The notes: generated by a model from the letters alone, not told the origin. Counted from the stretch's first letter, positions 1 to 9,811 are shown. The stretch is DNA of 64,000 nucleotides from Candidatus Aminicenantes bacterium (GCA_016783445.1 JADHWO010000001.1:21596-85595), one strand, 5' to 3'. Numbers and translations: made by a program.

Positions 1-899
1 CCCTTTTCTCCTTTTTCAGAAAATATAAGAGAGCCGACAATAACCACTCCTAGAAGAGAAAGAATGTCCTCCTGGTTGTGGTAAAGGATGGGCTCAATTA
101 ACTCAAAATTTCCTGTGTTTAGATATTGAAAATACATCCAGGGGATCTCAGCTGAGGGAATATCCTCAGAACGGTCTGCCTCAACGACCTCACGAGCGAG
201 ATGGCAAAGCCGGCAGTTTTCATACTTATGCCTCCAGAGACTGCGGGCTGAATAGAGAAAATCAAGATGAGGCAGTTCACCGAGGAGGAAAGGCTGTCTT
301 GAGAGAATGAACCGTGTCTCAAGAATGGGAATATCAAAACTTTTTCCGTTATATGTGACAACTGACTGAAAGTTCATTTCAGAAAAAAAACGACCAAGCT
401 CCTGGATCATTCTTTCTTCTTCAGCAAGTTCTCCCAGGAAATACTGGGCGACATAAAACCTATCATCCCTGTAATAGCCCATACCTACAAGAAACGGGAT
501 CACCCCGCTTCCTCCTGAAAGCCCTGTGGTCTCAAGATCTATAAAGAGGGCTGTAGAAAGGTCAAGGTCTTCGAATGCATTTTCTTTGCTCAAACAGGAA
601 AGAATGTCCCCTTTTATATCTAAGCCCGCAGAAATAGTAATTTTTCCGTATCTTACATCAAGAGGATAGGGATTTTCTAAAAACTTGATGGGTTCCCTTT
701 CAAGAGGCTCAAAAGGCGGAGTTTGTGGCTTGGATTTTTTTTCTTCCCCGGTGAGGTCAATGAGGCGCTGTAGCTTCTCTTTCACTGAGAGCTCTTCTTC
801 TTTGTTGATTTCTTCCCAGGTCCCCTTGATCTGCTGCGATTTAGAGCGAGCTTCTCTTTCTTTTTTCAGTTGTTTGAGTTTGTCTTTTATGTCCGCCAT
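1..899 (-). CDS. RNase H-fold YprB-like predicted 3'-5' exonuclease (3' end runs off the window; absent from the ORF track because no stop lies in the window)
   Basis: Hand translation of the reverse strand from ATG (complement of 897-899) stays open to position 1: MADIKDKLKQL...LFIDLETTGLSGGSGVIPFLVGMGYY...VVTYNGKSFDIPILETRF...YHNQEDILSL. These motifs fit the YprB/RNase_H_2 (COG3359) family. Confidence 0.75.
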   Translation of the reverse strand, partial: MADIKDKLKQLKKEREARSKSQQIKGTWEEINKEEELSVKEKLQRLIDLTGEEKKSKPQTPPFEPLEREPIKFLENPYPLDVRYGKITISAGLDIKGDILSCLSKENAFEDLDLSTALFIDLETTGLSGGSGVIPFLVGMGYYRDDRFYVAQYFLGELAEEERMIQELGRFFSEMNFQSVVTYNGKSFDIPILETRFILSRQPFLLGELPHLDFLYSARSLWRHKYENCRLCHLAREVVEADRSEDIPSAEIPWMYFQYLNTGNFELIEPILYHNQEDILSLLGVVIVGSLIFSEKGEK

Positions 900-1004
900 T
901 TTTAAATTAAGCTAGATTAGATTTTGGACCATTTATTAATTTATTTGTTTAATACTATTATTCTCTGTTTTTAACTTACCTTATTAGCTTTTCTGATTTA
1001 ATGC

Positions 1005-1424
1005 TCATTCTCCCATAAACTGAAGAAGGATTGTGCGGGAGCGGGAGCGGTTATCGAAATCGAGAAAGACAATCTGCTGCCATGTTCCAAGATTCAGCGC
1101 TCCGTTGGAAAAAGGGACAGTCAGGGAAGGCCCCAGGAGTGATGCCCGGACGTGGGAAAAACCGTTTCCGTCTCCCCATCTAGCATCATGATTATAGGTG
1201 ACATTACTGGGGATTACCTTTTCCATGAACTCAGAGAAGTCTTTGACCAGGCCGGATTCATACTCGATAGTCGTAAAACCACCGGTGGACCCGGGGACAA
1301 AGAGATTGACAATACCGTTTTGAAGCCCACTCCCAGAGAGCTTTTTGGAGACGTCTCCAGTAAGATCCTTCATGTCGTTAAATCCGCGCGTTGAAAAGCT
1401 TAAGGAATCGCTGATTACTTTCAT
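1005..1424 (-). CDS. yjbQ: YjbQ/UPF0047 family protein (secondary thiamine-phosphate synthase-type enzyme)
   Basis: Track ORF 1005..1454 carries family-like segments GSTGGFTTIEYESG, HVRASLLGPSLTVPF and GTWQQIVFLDFD. Start moved to MKVIS (ATG at 1424), which has GGAGGAG 8 nt upstream. Confidence 0.85.
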   Translation of the reverse strand: MKVISDSLSFSTRGFNDMKDLTGDVSKKLSGSGLQNGIVNLFVPGSTGGFTTIEYESGLVKDFSEFMEKVIPSNVTYNHDARWGDGNGFSHVRASLLGPSLTVPFSNGALNLGTWQQIVFLDFDNRSRSRTILLQFMGE

Positions 1425-1625
1425 CACAAAATCTCCTCCATAATCATAAGGCAAATTTCTTTTGTCGTAAAGAATAAAAGATAAATAGTCAACCTTTTTA
1501 CACCATAAAACGTCTTACACATATAAACTATATAAGGACTTGTCCTCTTTCTAATTGAATTTGTCTTTGTATATAGCTAAATCGATGCTATTATCAATCA
1601 AAATTATACATATAGGGGTACATAA

Positions 1626-3983
1626 GTGCTAAAAAACTACCTGAAAATTGCTTTAAGAAACATCAAAAGACATAAAGGATATTCATTCATCAACATAGTA
1701 GGCCTGGCTATAGGAATGGCCTGCTGTATCTTAATACTCTTGTGGGTTCAGGATGAGTTGAGCTACGACCGCTTCCATGAAAACGCTGATGATATTTACC
1801 GGGTCATACAGGACATCAATTTTACCGACCACAGCACTACCTGGACAATCACACAGGGCCCGCTTGGCCCCTCACTAAAGGAAAACTTCCCTGAAATCAT
1901 CAATGCCACACGCATTACAGGGCGTGGACTCCGGCTGACATATAAAAAGAAAAATTTTGACGAAGACGTCGGCATGGCTGACTGCTCTATATTCGAAATG
2001 TTCACATTTCCCCTTGTCAAAGGTGATCCTTCCACTGCTCTTTCTGATCCATTCTCCATGGTTATGACGGAAGAGATGGCAAAGAAATATTTTGGGGATG
2101 AAGACCCCATTGGAAAAACCATCAAAGCGGATAATCAATGGGATTTTCAAGTAACCGGTGTTTTAAAAAAAGTTCCTCGTAATTCACATTTACAGTTCGA
2201 TTTCCTCATACCTTTTATATTTGGAAGGGAACTGAATTATACTGTCGATAGATGGGGTAATAGTCAATTTCGCACTTATGTTCAGCTACCAAAAGGAGTT
2301 CCTGCTCAGGAAGTTATCCAAAAGATATCCGGTTATTTATATGAAAAGCCCACCATCGAAAAAGATGCCAGGTTGAATCTTCAGCCTCTCACCCGGATTC
2401 ATCTCCATTCAAACTATGAGTTCGACTCAGCCCACGGTGATATAACATATGTTACCATTTTTTCCATTATTGCATTTTTTATTTTGCTTATAGCCTGCAT
2501 CAATTTTATGAACCTGGCTACAGCCCGTTCCGGCAATCGCGCTAGAGAAGTGGGCATAAGGAAAGTTGTCGGTGCATATAAAACAGATATTATCAAGCAA
2601 TTTTATGGCGAATCGATCCTGCTTGCTTTTATTGCACAAATCTTTGCATTGATTATGGTGTGGCTCTTGCTTCCAGTTTTTAATAATCTCTCCGCAAAAG
2701 AATTGTCAATGAATATAACAGGAAATCTTCTGGTTTTACTGGGATTATTAGGCATTGCGTTAATTACCGGGATAATCTCCGGCAGCTATCCAGCTCTTTT
2801 CCTCTCATCTTTTCATCCCGTAAGAGTATTAAAGGGGTCTTCGTTTTCCGGCTCAAAAGGTTCATTATTTCGAAAAATCCTGGTGGTTTTCCAGTTTTCC
2901 CTCACAATTCTATTAATCATATGTACAACTGGAGTTTATAACCAGCTCACTTATATGCAAAACAGAAAACTGGGTTATGACAAGGAGCACATGATTTATA
3001 TGGGAATGCGCAGAGAAATGCAGGCTAATTTTGAATCTGTGAAAAATGAATTACTGCAAAATCCAAATATTGTGAGAGTAACTGCCAGTTCAAACGTTCC
3101 TACATATGGATATTCTTTTTCAAACAGTTTATGGCGCTGGGAGGGCCAAAATCCGGATGAAGAAACCTTAATGCGGGCGGTTTTTATCAATCTAGACTAT
3201 TTTAAAACATTCGGCATGGAGGTAATTGAAGGCAGGAGCTACTCAAAAGAGTTTTCAACAGATGCAACAGAATCAATTATAGTCAATGAAGAAGCGGTCA
3301 AAGCCATGGGTATGGAATCACCTATTGGGAAGCGGCTATCATTAGGAGAAGACAATTTTAAAATCATAGGTGTTGTTAAAAATTACCATTTCAGGTCGCT
3401 TCGTCAAAAAATTGATCCTTTGATACTCATTTACGACACTGAAAGCAGCTGGATTCTGTTTGCCAAGCTCAAATCAGAAAATATCCCAAAGACCATAGGT
3501 TATATAGAAAACATCTGGAAAAAATTTGCTCCAGGTTACCCATTCAATTATCGCTTTCTCGATGAGGCCCTGGATCGTTTGTACAGGTCCGAACAGCGAA
3601 TTGGGACTCTCTTTAAATATTTCTCTGGCCTTGCAATACTTATTTCCTGTCTTGGACTGCTCGGATTAGCCTCTTTTATGGCAGAACGGCGCACCAAAGA
3701 GATAGGTATCAGGAAAGTACTGGGGGCCTCTGTATCAAATATTATTCTGCTTCTTTCCAAAGAGTTTACAAAATGGGTGATTGTAGCCAATATTATTGCC
3801 TGGCCGGTGGGTTATTTTGCTATAAAAAAATGGCTGCAAAGTTATGCTTACGCAACAAATATCGTTTTGTGGTCATTTATACTGTCCGGTGTGGTAGCAC
3901 TGCTTATTGCCTTAGTTACAGTAAGTTATCAGTCCATAAAGGCTGCCCTGGCAAATCCAGTAGACTCGTTGAGGTATGAATAA
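1626..3983 (+). CDS. MacB/FtsX-type ABC transporter permease (two FtsX domains with a large periplasmic domain)
   Basis: 785 aa. N-terminus MLKNYLKIALRNIKRHKGYSFINIVGLAIGMA is typical of this family. REVGIRKVVGA and KEIGIRKVLGA loops precede each 3-TM FtsX block. Confidence 0.85.
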   Translation: MLKNYLKIALRNIKRHKGYSFINIVGLAIGMACCILILLWVQDELSYDRFHENADDIYRVIQDINFTDHSTTWTITQGPLGPSLKENFPEIINATRITGRGLRLTYKKKNFDEDVGMADCSIFEMFTFPLVKGDPSTALSDPFSMVMTEEMAKKYFGDEDPIGKTIKADNQWDFQVTGVLKKVPRNSHLQFDFLIPFIFGRELNYTVDRWGNSQFRTYVQLPKGVPAQEVIQKISGYLYEKPTIEKDARLNLQPLTRIHLHSNYEFDSAHGDITYVTIFSIIAFFILLIACINFMNLATARSGNRAREVGIRKVVGAYKTDIIKQFYGESILLAFIAQIFALIMVWLLLPVFNNLSAKELSMNITGNLLVLLGLLGIALITGIISGSYPALFLSSFHPVRVLKGSSFSGSKGSLFRKILVVFQFSLTILLIICTTGVYNQLTYMQNRKLGYDKEHMIYMGMRREMQANFESVKNELLQNPNIVRVTASSNVPTYGYSFSNSLWRWEGQNPDEETLMRAVFINLDYFKTFGMEVIEGRSYSKEFSTDATESIIVNEEAVKAMGMESPIGKRLSLGEDNFKIIGVVKNYHFRSLRQKIDPLILIYDTESSWILFAKLKSENIPKTIGYIENIWKKFAPGYPFNYRFLDEALDRLYRSEQRIGTLFKYFSGLAILISCLGLLGLASFMAERRTKEIGIRKVLGASVSNIILLLSKEFTKWVIVANIIAWPVGYFAIKKWLQSYAYATNIVLWSFILSGVVALLIALVTVSYQSIKAALANPVDSLRYE

Positions 3984-4083
3984 AAAAGCTCGCAACGTTA
4001 GAAAAACGAAAAAAAACTAGGACTATCCCCAACTTTTTGTAAGGACTATCCCTATTTTCTTGCCAATTTTTGCCCCATTTTTT

Positions 4084-4110
4084 GTCAACTAAAATGCAAT
4101 AGGAAACGTT
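4084..4110 (+). promoter_or_regulatory. Possible ECF-type autoregulated promoter (GTCAAC-N17-CGTT) upstream of the sigma gene
   Basis: AAC at 4087-4089 and CGTT at 4107-4110 are separated by 17 nt, 23 nt upstream of the ATG at 4133. Pattern match only. Confidence 0.2.
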
Positions 4111-4132
4111 TTGTTATATATAAAGAAGAAGT

Positions 4133-4708
4133 ATGAATGAGATAGCTGCAATCAAATTAGCCCAGGAAGGAAACAAGGAGGCACTGAAGACCTTGTTTGA
4201 AGAAAACAAGAAAAAAATTTTTTCTCTTGCCTACCAGTATGTAAAAAACGCCGAAGATGCCGAGGATATACTCCAGGAGACATTTGTAAAGGTATATCGT
4301 TCTTTACATAGATTTAACATACAAGACGGAATGAGTTTTTCTCCCTGGCTCTACCGCATCGGCATCAACTGCAGCATTGACTATCTAAGACGGAATAAAA
4401 TAAAAAAAGAGAAAAATTCGGGCGTAAATAACTTAGATAACATATCTTGCAATAATAAAACTTCAGACCCTGAAGAAAGCAGAGGCCAGAAAGAAATCCG
4501 GGAGAAAATCAGCCAAAGTCTAAATAAATTATCGGGCCAACAGAGAATGGTTTTCATCCTCAGACACTACCAGGAACTGAACACCAAAGAAATCGCAGAA
4601 TATCTGAACTGCACGGAAGGAAGTGTTAAAAAACAACTATTTCGTGCTGTTTCTTCTTTAAAAGAGCATCTAAAAGGTCTGATTCTGGAGAAAAGCTATG
4701 AAATGTAA
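4133..4708 (+). CDS. ECF (sigma-70 family) RNA polymerase sigma factor
   Basis: Region 2 (EDILQETFVKVY, PWLYRIGINCSIDYLRR) and region 4 (RMVFILRHYQELNTKEIAEYLNCTEGSVKKQLFRA) motifs are present. Confidence 0.9.
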   Translation: MNEIAAIKLAQEGNKEALKTLFEENKKKIFSLAYQYVKNAEDAEDILQETFVKVYRSLHRFNIQDGMSFSPWLYRIGINCSIDYLRRNKIKKEKNSGVNNLDNISCNNKTSDPEESRGQKEIREKISQSLNKLSGQQRMVFILRHYQELNTKEIAEYLNCTEGSVKKQLFRAVSSLKEHLKGLILEKSYEM

Positions 4709-5402
4709 AAAATTTAAAGAAAAAATCATTCTCCATCTTTACGGAGAGCTTAATGAAAAAGAAGGAGCAGAATTAGAGAATCATATCAAAAAATGTACCG
4801 AATGTTCTCAGGATTTTTTATACACAAAAAAAGTTTTTAAAGCACTTGATGATGCCAAAGAAGAAGAACCTGAGGCAGACTGGAAAAAATGCTGGCAGGG
4901 AATAGACACTCATATTCCCGAAAAACCCCACAGACAAAGGAGCCCTTTTCTTTCTCCACAATGGGTATACGCTGCAGCAATTCTGTTGATCGTTTTTGTT
5001 CTGGGAGCGATTTTCGGAAGATATCTATTTTTCCCGGCACAGGAATCTTCGCTTCAGCCAGTTATATCTCAGAACTCTATGGACCTCGCATTAAAAGAAT
5101 ACTTTGAAGAAATCAAACCGATATTAATTGAGTATGCCAATTACACTTCATCCAATGGAGAAGAAACCACAATAGTTCTGGATAAGGAAGTCGTCAACAA
5201 TCTCCTTATCCAGAACTTTCTCTTAAAAGATATAATTACCAAGACAAATCCCTCACTCGTACCTTTTATGGAAGATCTGGATATTGTTTTAAGGGAAGTT
5301 TCTAATCTTAAAAGAGGGGATATACAGACACCTTCTTTGATTAAAGAGCTTATCCACGAAAGAGAGATTCTTTTTAAAATGGAAATCTTACAAAAAATAT
5401 AA
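4698..5402 (+). CDS. Membrane anti-sigma factor (zf-HC2 type)
   Basis: Overlaps the sigma gene by 11 nt. Has the N-terminal H-x3-C-x2-C motif (ENHIKKCTECSQDF) and one TM segment (WVYAAAILLIVFVLGAIFGRYLF). Confidence 0.75.
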   Translation: MKCKKFKEKIILHLYGELNEKEGAELENHIKKCTECSQDFLYTKKVFKALDDAKEEEPEADWKKCWQGIDTHIPEKPHRQRSPFLSPQWVYAAAILLIVFVLGAIFGRYLFFPAQESSLQPVISQNSMDLALKEYFEEIKPILIEYANYTSSNGEETTIVLDKEVVNNLLIQNFLLKDIITKTNPSLVPFMEDLDIVLREVSNLKRGDIQTPSLIKELIHEREILFKMEILQKI

Positions 5403-5414
5403 GGAGGTTTTAAA

Positions 5415-6983
5415 ATGAAATACATCAAATCTATCTCGGTATTTTTAGCCTTGTGCCTGATCTTCAGTTTTTTCCTTTTTGCCCAAGAAAAAGAACAGGA
5501 AAAAAAAAAAGAAAATGAAAAGGCCCGCGTACTCCTTGTAAATGCAAAAAAAATGATCTATCAAAAAGACTGGGAGAAAGCAGTTGAAGCCTTAAAAAGT
5601 TTGGTCGAAAATTATCAAAAAAGTGGCTATCTGGATGATTCTCTTTACTGGTTAGGCTACAGCATGTACAAACTCAGCGCCAATCTGGAAAACGTGGAAA
5701 AACAGCTTGAGATAAAACAAGAAGCCTTAGAAAAGCTTAATTATTTGATCAATCAATATACTCTAAGTTCCTGGGTAGATGACGCCAAAGTTCTCCGGAT
5801 CGAACTGGCAAAAGAACTGTATAAAAAGGGATTGAGCGAGTACAAAAGATACATAAACGAAAGCCTTAAGGGATTAGAAGAGGTGGAAGGAGTGGAAGGA
5901 TTAGAAGACCTGCACTCAAAAAAAGAGACTGATCCTGAACTCGAACTAAAACTGGTTGCCTTGAATGCACTTTTGAGTATGGACCAGGAAGAGGCTTTTC
6001 CAATTCTGGTAAAAATTGTCAATGAAGATAAAAATCCGAAACTCAGAGAAAGGGCTCTCTTTGTACTCTGTCAGTCTAAACATCCAGATGTAATCCCGAT
6101 TTTAATCAAGCTTGCAACTCGAGACCCGGATGACAGAGTTAAGGAAAGGGCCATTACTTATCTAGGGATGAGAGAAGAAGGGCTTGATGCTCTTCTTGAT
6201 GCCTACAACGTAAACCTCGCTTTAAAACTAAAACACAGGATAATTATATCCATCTCAATGAACAAGAGTAAAAAAGCCCTGGATAAGCTACTCGATATCG
6301 CTAAAAACGACAAGGACCAAGAGGCAAGAGAAAGAGCCATTACTATGATCAGTGTAAGAGGAGATAAAGAGACAAAAAATAAAATTGTCGACCTATATGA
6401 CAGTATTTCTGATCCAAAGCTTAAGGACCGCTTGATAATTGTTATCGGACAAAATAAAAGTAAAAAGGCTCTGGATAAGCTACTCGATATCGCTAAAAAC
6501 GACAAAAACCCAGACGCAAGAGAAAGAGCCATCACCATGATCAGTGTAAGAGGAGATAGAGAAACAAAGGATAAAGTTGTTGATCTCTATGACAGTATTT
6601 CTGATCCCAAACTCAAGAACCGGTTGATATTTGTTATTGGACAAAGCAAGAGTGAAAAAGCCAGAAAAAAACTTTTGGATATAGTAAAAAATGACAAGGA
6701 TATGAAGGCAAGAGAAAGAGCCATCCTCGTGCTGGGGGATGTAAAAAGTGACGAGATGATCGAGGTTCTTTCAGATATGTACCTAAAAACAGACGACGTC
6801 AATCTCAAAGGAAAAATAATTTTTTCTATGGGACAAAACAAAAGCGATAAAGCGATTGAAAAATTAATCGAAATAGCCAGGAAAGAAGAAAATTTGAAAT
6901 TGAAAAAACAACTTATATTCTGGTTAGGTCAGTCTAAAAATGAAAAAGCCATGAAATTCCTCAAGGAAATTATTGATAAATAA
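5415..6983 (+). CDS. Secreted HEAT/Armadillo-like repeat protein
   Basis: Signal peptide MKYIKSISVFLALCLIFSFFLFAQ, followed by about 8 units of roughly 64 aa (..KSKKALDKLLDIAKNDK..ARERAI..). Confidence 0.75.
   Translation: MKYIKSISVFLALCLIFSFFLFAQEKEQEKKKENEKARVLLVNAKKMIYQKDWEKAVEALKSLVENYQKSGYLDDSLYWLGYSMYKLSANLENVEKQLEIKQEALEKLNYLINQYTLSSWVDDAKVLRIELAKELYKKGLSEYKRYINESLKGLEEVEGVEGLEDLHSKKETDPELELKLVALNALLSMDQEEAFPILVKIVNEDKNPKLRERALFVLCQSKHPDVIPILIKLATRDPDDRVKERAITYLGMREEGLDALLDAYNVNLALKLKHRIIISISMNKSKKALDKLLDIAKNDKDQEARERAITMISVRGDKETKNKIVDLYDSISDPKLKDRLIIVIGQNKSKKALDKLLDIAKNDKNPDARERAITMISVRGDRETKDKVVDLYDSISDPKLKNRLIFVIGQSKSEKARKKLLDIVKNDKDMKARERAILVLGDVKSDEMIEVLSDMYLKTDDVNLKGKIIFSMGQNKSDKAIEKLIEIARKEENLKLKKQLIFWLGQSKNEKAMKFLKEIIDK
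6267..6650 (+). repeat. Two tandem 192-bp (64-codon) repeat units inside the HEAT-repeat gene, with a more diverged third unit from 6651
   Basis: AGT AAA AA(A/G) GC(C/T) CTG GAT AAG CTA CTC GAT ATC GCT AAA AAC GAC AA starts at 6267 and again at 6459. Identical blocks exceed 30 nt; by eye the units are about 80 percent identical. Confidence 0.85.
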
Positions 6984-6995
6984 GGCAGGTAAAAA

Positions 6996-8114
6996 ATGAA
7001 GCAAACAAAAAATAACATTGGAGCAATCATTGCGGCCATCCTTTTTATCTTATTTGTTTCTCCCCTTCTTGGAGAAAAAGCACCGGATTTTTTAAAGGGA
7101 AAAGTCCATCTCCTGGATAAATCAAATCTCTCTCTCGCTCAAAAGTTTGCACAGGCTGAGAAAGAATTTAAAAAGTCAAAAAGCGGAGACACCTATTTTA
7201 CAGGCTATATATTTTTAAGCAGGTTTGGAGTTCAAATGGGAGAAAAATTCTCCTCAGAGGAACCGTATAGAGCAACAGTAAAAAATGACGAAATTAAGCT
7301 ACGGAAAGTTTCAAAATGGAGAAAAAATAAAGGCGAATCTTTTAGCACAGAAGATGGAAGCGAGCCAGCAGGCATCCTCTTCCTTCACAGGATTTCAAAG
7401 AATAAAGCAAAAATTCTTGATGCCCGAATAATTGATCTAGACCAGACCTTTGAATTTCAAGAAGTACCGATTTATTGGCTTGGTGAAGCTGATAATAACG
7501 AAAGCCTGCGGTTTCTCGAAGAAAAGTTCAATTCAGGAGGCTCTGACCTTCAAAAAACACTAGTTTTTGTTTTTAGCTCCCACGATTCTCCAAAAGTTTG
7601 TGATTTCCTGCGCCAGGTAGCTCTTGGAGATTACAGAAAAGAAGTGAGGAAAAACGCAATTTTCTGGCTGGGAGGTCACAAAAACACAAAAAGCCTCAAA
7701 TACCTCAAAGAAATCTACAATAAAGAAGAAAACACTGAACTCAAAAAGCAGGTCGTGTTTGCCATTCAGCTCAGCGATCAGAAAGAAGCTGTGGTTGAAT
7801 TGATCAAAATTGCAAAGACTGACCTCAGTCAGAAAGTAAGGAAAAACGCCATTTTCTGGCTGGGCCAAAAGGCCTCAAAAGAAAGTCTCAGGGCATTAAA
7901 GGAAGTTGTGGAAGAATCAGAAGATGTTGATATAAAAAAATCTGCAGTTTTTGCCATAAGCCAGCTACCCGAGGATAAATCGGTCCCTATGCTGATAGAC
8001 ATTGCCAAGTCAAATAAAAATCCATCGGTCAGAAAAAACGCCATTTTCTGGTTGGGGCAAGTAGGCGGGGAAAAAGCCTTAAAATTCTTTGAGGAAATCC
8101 TGTTGAAAAAATAG
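6996..8114 (+). CDS. Secreted or membrane-anchored HEAT-repeat protein, paralogous to the previous gene
   Basis: N-terminal hydrophobic segment IGAIIAAILFILFVSPLLG. VRKNAIFWLGQ-type units recur three times (nt ~7643, 7836, 8028). The upstream protein also ends with a QLIFWLGQSKNEKAMKFLKEII unit. Confidence 0.75.
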   Translation: MKQTKNNIGAIIAAILFILFVSPLLGEKAPDFLKGKVHLLDKSNLSLAQKFAQAEKEFKKSKSGDTYFTGYIFLSRFGVQMGEKFSSEEPYRATVKNDEIKLRKVSKWRKNKGESFSTEDGSEPAGILFLHRISKNKAKILDARIIDLDQTFEFQEVPIYWLGEADNNESLRFLEEKFNSGGSDLQKTLVFVFSSHDSPKVCDFLRQVALGDYRKEVRKNAIFWLGGHKNTKSLKYLKEIYNKEENTELKKQVVFAIQLSDQKEAVVELIKIAKTDLSQKVRKNAIFWLGQKASKESLRALKEVVEESEDVDIKKSAVFAISQLPEDKSVPMLIDIAKSNKNPSVRKNAIFWLGQVGGEKALKFFEEILLKK

Positions 8115-8127
8115 CCTGTCCCTGCCT

Positions 8128-9159
8128 CTACAGGCCGGGCCAGGAACGTGGATAAAAGAGCTTCTCATACAAGCTCAAAGCATAGCGGTCGGTCATTCCA
8201 GCAATAAAATCTCCTACCCTCTTCTCAACAGAATCTCCCATGGGATAGGGTTTTATATAGTCATCGGGACTTCCCAGGATATATTCATAGAGGTCTGTAA
8301 TAATTTTCTCTGTTTTTTTAAGCTCATCTCTGGATTGAGGATTAAAGTAAACTTTTTCATATAAAAAATCACGCAGTTCCATAACAGCTTTTTTTATCTT
8401 TTTACTCATTGCTATTTTCTCAAGGTCTGACTTTAAACTAGCCTCAACAACATCCTCTACCATCTTATCGATTCGTGAAGCATGCCATTCGCCTAAAATC
8501 TGAATCAGATGTGAAGGGATATTTTTTTCTTTTATAACATCAGCCCTAACAGCATCATCAATGTCATGGTTTACGTAGGCTATGATATCCGAGACTCTGA
8601 CTACCTGACCTTCAAGAGTCAAGGGCATATTCTCCTTTTCATTATCAAGGATTTCTCCCCGCCCCTTTGAATGCTTAATAATGCCGTCTTTAACTTCAAA
8701 TGTCAGGTTCAATCCCTTCCCCTCATACTCGAGTTGATCAACCACACGAAGGCTCTGTTCATAATGGCTGAAACCACCAGGTAAAAGCTTTGCCAGAGTC
8801 TCTTCCCCTGCATGGCCAAATGGAGTATGCCCGAGGTCATGGCCCAAAGCAATGGCTTCGGTCAAATCATCATTCAACTGAAGAGCTTTTGTGATGGTTC
8901 GAGCAATCTGAGAAACCTCTAACGTGTGCGTTAACCGAGTCCTGTAATGGTCACCAAAAGGTGCAAGAAAAACCTGGGTTTTATGCTTTAATCTCCGGAA
9001 GGATTTGCAGTGGATAATCCGGTCCCTATCTCTCTGGAAAGCGGTCCTTAAGGGATGAGGAGCTTCCGTTCTCTCCCTTCCACTTGTCTGCGAGCTTAAA
9101 CACGCTTTGGGTGATAAGGTCTGTTTTTCTCTTTTCTCAAGTTTTTCTCTGATGTCCAT
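8128..9159 (-). CDS. dgt: dGTP triphosphohydrolase-like HD-domain protein
   Basis: [12 protein letters not shown] and [13 protein letters not shown] motifs of the dNTP triphosphohydrolase family. Confidence 0.9.
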   Translation of the reverse strand: MDIREKLEKREKQTLSPKACLSSQTSGRERTEAPHPLRTAFQRDRDRIIHCKSFRRLKHKTQVFLAPFGDHYRTRLTHTLEVSQIARTITKALQLNDDLTEAIALGHDLGHTPFGHAGEETLAKLLPGGFSHYEQSLRVVDQLEYEGKGLNLTFEVKDGIIKHSKGRGEILDNEKENMPLTLEGQVVRVSDIIAYVNHDIDDAVRADVIKEKNIPSHLIQILGEWHASRIDKMVEDVVEASLKSDLEKIAMSKKIKKAVMELRDFLYEKVYFNPQSRDELKKTEKIITDLYEYILGSPDDYIKPYPMGDSVEKRVGDFIAGMTDRYALSLYEKLFYPRSWPGL

Positions 9160-9271
9160 ATTGCTAGATTGTACTTTTTTAAGGGATTTTATGGGGGCGG
9201 TTTACTTTTTAATTCAAAAAAAGAACGGCTCCCAATCTTTTTCTAACTTTAACAATACCTAATTTTTTCTC

Positions 9272-9811
9272 CTATTCTATTAGCAAAAAAGCATAACGAT
9301 TCATCTTCTGCGAATAATCAGATAAAACATGAATCGGATAATCAGCCTGTCTTACAGTAGCGTATACATCAACACACATTGCCTCTGGAGTTGGGCGCGC
9401 CAATTTTGGTTCCTTACACTTTTCCTTCTCTCCCGGGCATTTTTCACAAATATTGCAGCTGTCCAAAAACAGAAGGAAAGCTTTCTCATATCCGGATAAA
9501 AAAATCTCACGCTCCAGCTTTAAAAGCTTCAGGTTGACCTTTCTCGTCCAGGCAAAGCGGTCTTCAGGCTTATTTTCTTTTTTTTCAAAATGAAAGACTA
9601 CGACCTCCTTATATTCCTTAAAAAATTCCTGGCATTCAGTAACCGATGGCACATTTGGAGGGCAGGAAGCAGTTTTTCCGTATTCATCGCATCCAAACAT
9701 ACATTTCATCCGTACCCAGCGGCCGGTCACAATTTTTTGGGGACTTATCCACTTGAAGTCTGAAAAATTGTGTTTAAGGAATTTTTCTTCCAGTTTTTTC
9801 CTATCAGCCAT
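9272..9811 (-). CDS. DUF2284-type predicted metal-binding protein
   Basis: Cys-rich pattern CMFGCDEYGKTASCPP ... CNICEKCPGEKEKC. Size (179 aa) fits the family as remembered. Confidence 0.65.
   Translation of the reverse strand: MADRKKLEEKFLKHNFSDFKWISPQKIVTGRWVRMKCMFGCDEYGKTASCPPNVPSVTECQEFFKEYKEVVVFHFEKKENKPEDRFAWTRKVNLKLLKLEREIFLSGYEKAFLLFLDSCNICEKCPGEKEKCKEPKLARPTPEAMCVDVYATVRQADYPIHVLSDYSQKMNRYAFLLIE

Noticed and set aside
5415-8114. Regularly spaced repeats that could be mistaken for a CRISPR array
   Set aside because: The period is 192 nt, in frame, inside long ORFs encoding HEAT-like units. There are no short invariant repeats with unique spacers and no cas genes.
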